A stretch of DNA of 40,520 nucleotides, taken from the NCBI GenBank assembly GCA_964530405.1, contig CAZHBN010000001.1, positions 1 through 40,520 of the forward strand. The letters run 5' to 3'. Origin of the DNA: an uncultured Ectothiorhodospiraceae bacterium (GTDB taxonomy: Bacteria; Pseudomonadota; Gammaproteobacteria; Nitrococcales; Nitrococcaceae). The notes beneath the pieces are model-generated. The model was not told the DNA's origin, made no database searches, and saw only the letters and a program-made list of their open reading frames with translations. This document shows, in pieces, positions 37,684-40,520 of the stretch. Both the position numbers and the translations under genes were made by a program. The first letter of the stretch is position 1. Each line of letters opens with the position of its first letter.

Positions 37684-38688
37684 TCACCGGCGGAACCCGC
37701 GGGCAAACGCCTCGGCATAACCGGCGAGCCCGGCGACATCGTAACCGCCTTCCAGCAAGATGAGCACACGTTCGCGCCGGCGCGCGAGGCGAGCACCCAT
37801 CGCCTCGAAGCCAGGGGCATCGAGCCCCACCGGCGCATCCTGAATCGCGTCCGTCGCGGCGGTATCGAACCCCAGTGACAGCACGATGGTGTCGGCCCCT
37901 GCCGCGTCGACGCGGCCGAGGACGTCGTCCAGCAACGCGATATAGCCGTCGCCATCCACACCCGCCGGCAGGTCGGTGAGATCCACATGCGGGCGCCGGT
38001 GGCCGTCCCAGCGCGCGTCCAGGTGCGGATAGTTGGCCCACGGGTCAGCGTGCAGGGAGAAATAAGGCGCCTGCTCGCTCGCGAACTCCACACTGCCATC
38101 GCCGAGGTGATAATCCACGTCCAGCACGGCGCAACGGCCGCCACCGGCACTCAGCACCGAGGCGGCAATATAGGCATTGTTGAAGAAGCAATACCCGCCA
38201 TAACGCCGTCGGCCGGCGTGATGACCCGGCGGACGGCACAGCGCCAACGCATCCTCACCGCTCGCGCGCATCCACTCGGCAGCCCGACGGGCAGCCTCGG
38301 CGGAATTGAGCGCCGCCGCGACGGTCGCCGGCGTAATGGGCGTACCGATCTCCGCAGTGAACATGCCGCCGCGAAAGCGCACCGGCCCCTTGCTCAAGTC
38401 ACCGTGGAAGATGGAGGGAATGTACTCTTCGTCGGGCTGCAGCGCGGCGGTGATATCGCCGAGAAAATCGCGATAGTCGGCATCGTGAAGGCTCGCCACA
38501 GCGTCTTCCGCTTCTGCCGTCACCCGCTCCACCGCGAGCTCCCGGGCCCGTTCGAAGCCGGCCATGACCGCAGCCACCCGAGCGGGAACCTCCGGGTACT
38601 CGACGGGGGGATGCCCATCCGAGAAGTCCCACCGCGGTCGATGATCCTCATGGGCGACGGGCAGGAAAGCCCGCAACGGGCTACTCAT
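37684..38688 (-). CDS. Histone-deacetylase-fold amidohydrolase, acetylpolyamine amidohydrolase-like
   Basis: PEVPAR, ALCRPPGHHAG, GGYCFFNN, LDVDYHLGDG (Zn Asp/His), SLHADP, SLGFD (Zn Asp), LEGGY (catalytic Tyr). GGAGG SD before ATG 38688, which overlaps the upstream stop. Confidence 0.88.
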   Translation of the reverse strand: MSSPLRAFLPVAHEDHRPRWDFSDGHPPVEYPEVPARVAAVMAGFERARELAVERVTAEAEDAVASLHDADYRDFLGDITAALQPDEEYIPSIFHGDLSKGPVRFRGGMFTAEIGTPITPATVAAALNSAEAARRAAEWMRASGEDALALCRPPGHHAGRRRYGGYCFFNNAYIAASVLSAGGGRCAVLDVDYHLGDGSVEFASEQAPYFSLHADPWANYPHLDARWDGHRRPHVDLTDLPAGVDGDGYIALLDDVLGRVDAAGADTIVLSLGFDTAATDAIQDAPVGLDAPGFEAMGARLARRRERVLILLEGGYDVAGLAGYAEAFARGFRR

Positions 38689-39607
38689 AGTCCACCTCCG
38701 TCTGACTGCCGCCTGCGCTTCGCTCGCGGTAGCCATGACGCAGCCCCCACCGCGAAATCATTTTCTGGCTGAGCTTGGCGGCGATCATGTCGGACACGCA
38801 GCTCGGCTCGGGAATGAGCTCCATGATGTCGCACCCCCTGAGATCCACCGCCGGGTTGTCGATCACCGCCTCGACCAGTTCGAGCACCCGGTACCAATCG
38901 AGCCCACCGGGCTGCGGCGTACCCACGCCGCCCACCTCGGCCGGGGTGAACACGTCCATGTCCACCGTCAGCCAAACCGGTCCTTCGAGCCCCTGAAGCG
39001 TCTCCAGCAGTGTCTGCCAGCGATCCGGGCGGCGTAGCTCCCGGTCGCGATAACATTCGATCCGCGGATCCGCGTCCACGCGCCGGGCCTCTTCCTCGTA
39101 GAGCGACCGCACCCCCGCCATCACCAGCCGGTGCCCGGCACGATGGATGTGATGCATGGGACAGGCATGACTGTATTCGCTGCCCTCGAACCGCTCGCGC
39201 AGGTCCGCATGGGCATCGAGCACGACCACCGTACCCGGCGTAGGCATCCGGCCGGCGACGAGCGAGGCCGTAACCGAATGCTCACCGCCCACAGCCAGCA
39301 GCAGCGGGCCGGGCGGCAACTCACCGGCGACACGGGTCAACCTCCGGTGGTAATCGTTCGCGCTTTCGTAGAGCTGCTTTTCCAGCGGCGGCAGCACGGA
39401 TACACCCATGTGCAGGAACGGCGACCAATCGGCGTCCTCGTCGTAGTACTCGAGCTGAGCACTGGCATCGAGCAACGCCTCCGGTCCGTTACGGGTGCCG
39501 GGCTTGTAGGAGACCGTGAGCTCGTGGGGCACGGGCAGGACCAGGACATCAGCCGCGTCACGCGGGCGGTTGGGCAGCAGTTGATATTGCAGGTCGCTCA
39601 TGAGCAT
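38681..39607 (-). CDS. Agmatinase-family ureohydrolase
   Basis: TVSYKPGTRNGP, GGEHS, LDAHADLR, SHAC, GVRS, TVDMD, GTPQPGG, DIMEL. The dimetal ligands are present. Confidence 0.92.
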   Translation of the reverse strand: MLMSDLQYQLLPNRPRDAADVLVLPVPHELTVSYKPGTRNGPEALLDASAQLEYYDEDADWSPFLHMGVSVLPPLEKQLYESANDYHRRLTRVAGELPPGPLLLAVGGEHSVTASLVAGRMPTPGTVVVLDAHADLRERFEGSEYSHACPMHHIHRAGHRLVMAGVRSLYEEEARRVDADPRIECYRDRELRRPDRWQTLLETLQGLEGPVWLTVDMDVFTPAEVGGVGTPQPGGLDWYRVLELVEAVIDNPAVDLRGCDIMELIPEPSCVSDMIAAKLSQKMISRWGLRHGYRERSAGGSQTEVDYE

Positions 39608-39624
39608 CGTCGGTTAGTGAACTG

Positions 39625-40491
39625 TTATGGCGAGATTTTCTTCCGAATCGAATGCGGTATGGCGAAGGCGGCTGCAAGGCTGGCAGCGCCTGTGCCGGGC
39701 AGGTCGAGTCCCCGTGCCAGCGCACGCGTATGGAAGGTCTCCAGCGGTGGCTCGCCGGTGTTGGGCAACGGGGCGTCCGAAGCCAGCACGAAGCTCCACA
39801 GATGATAGAAGCTCGGGATTACGGCGGCATAGCTCGTCACTTCCGCAAACGCCTCGCCCAGGGTGCGGCGAACCCGACGGTGACCGGTCACACTGGTCGC
39901 GGTCAGGCCACCGGCCTGGGTCGCGACGATGGCGCGCTCGTTCAGGCGCCGACGCAATCGTGTATACAGATCCCGGCTGTAGAGAGCGGCAGCCGGATCG
40001 TCCTCGTCGCTGAAGTCGACCAGATCGCCGATGACGACATCGAACCCGGATCCGGCCTCCTCCAGGTACTCGTTGATATCCCGGCACTGAACGTCCAGCC
40101 GGGTATCGGCGAAGGCGCGCGCGTTCCAGCTCGCCAGATGGCGCCGGCAGAGATCGACGAATGCCGCGTCTATATCCACCATGACCACCTCCTCCACGCT
40201 CGGGTGGCGCAGCGCCTCCCGTGCAGTGGCGCCCTCGCCCCCGCCCATGATGAGCACGCGTCTCGGCCGCGGGTGCAGCAGCATGGCCGGATGCACCAAT
40301 GCCTCGTGATAGAGGGCCTCGTCCACCTCACAGGACTGCACGTCGCCATCCAGTGCCACGCATACGCCCTGCGCGGGTGAACGGAAGAACACATAAGACT
40401 GGTACTCGGTGCGCCCCTGGGCAATCACCTCGTCAACCGAATGCTCCAGGCGGTCGCCGTCCTCACTGATCTGGCGATAGCTCAGCATCAC
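39625..40491 (-). CDS. Polyamine aminopropyltransferase (spermidine/thermospermine synthase family)
   Basis: TEYQ, LDGDVQSCEVDEALYHEALVHP, VLIMGGGEGATARE, MVDID, DVVIGDLVD, IPSF. Start is GTG 40491 or ATG 40488. Confidence 0.92.
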   Translation of the reverse strand: MMLSYRQISEDGDRLEHSVDEVIAQGRTEYQSYVFFRSPAQGVCVALDGDVQSCEVDEALYHEALVHPAMLLHPRPRRVLIMGGGEGATAREALRHPSVEEVVMVDIDAAFVDLCRRHLASWNARAFADTRLDVQCRDINEYLEEAGSGFDVVIGDLVDFSDEDDPAAALYSRDLYTRLRRRLNERAIVATQAGGLTATSVTGHRRVRRTLGEAFAEVTSYAAVIPSFYHLWSFVLASDAPLPNTGEPPLETFHTRALARGLDLPGTGAASLAAAFAIPHSIRKKISP

Positions 40492-40520
40492 TCACCCTCA
40501 CCTGATCCGGTATGCGCTGG

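Noticed and set aside
1-40520. CRISPR arrays, tRNA/rRNA genes, IS elements, prophage
   Set aside because: I saw no regularly spaced repeats, RNA gene signatures, transposases or terminal inverted repeats. Almost all sequence is accounted for by CDSs.

Overview
High-GC gammaproteobacterial chromosomal window with three parts. (1) 1-9301: a respiratory nitrate-reduction module. narK1-narK2-narG run on the - strand (narG is cut by the left edge and missing from the ORF track), divergent from narX-narL, with a visible FNR-type box and a NarL 7-2-7 site between them. A small membrane protein, a TraB/TIKI-family protein and a class-V PLP enzyme follow. (2) 9327-37678: a conserved housekeeping block: tatD, pilZ, holB, tmk, mltG, pabC, fabF, acpP, fabG, fabD, fabH, plsX, rpmF, yceD, maf, S49 peptidase, rluC, rne, LMW-PTP, a small antisense-oriented ORF, kdsB, lpxK, msbA, exbD, exbB, comEC, DUF2062, lolD, a single lolC/E-like gene, sfsA and a small secreted protein. 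(3) 37684-40520: a tightly coupled polyamine operon cut by the right edge, encoding a GGGEG-type (Thermus SpeE/ACL5-like) aminopropyltransferase, an agmatinase-family ureohydrolase and an HDAC-fold acetylpolyamine amidohydrolase. This trio is the best candidate for an undescribed pathway. I saw no tRNA, rRNA, CRISPR array, integrase or transposase. All calls come from motif recognition by eye; no database searches were run.
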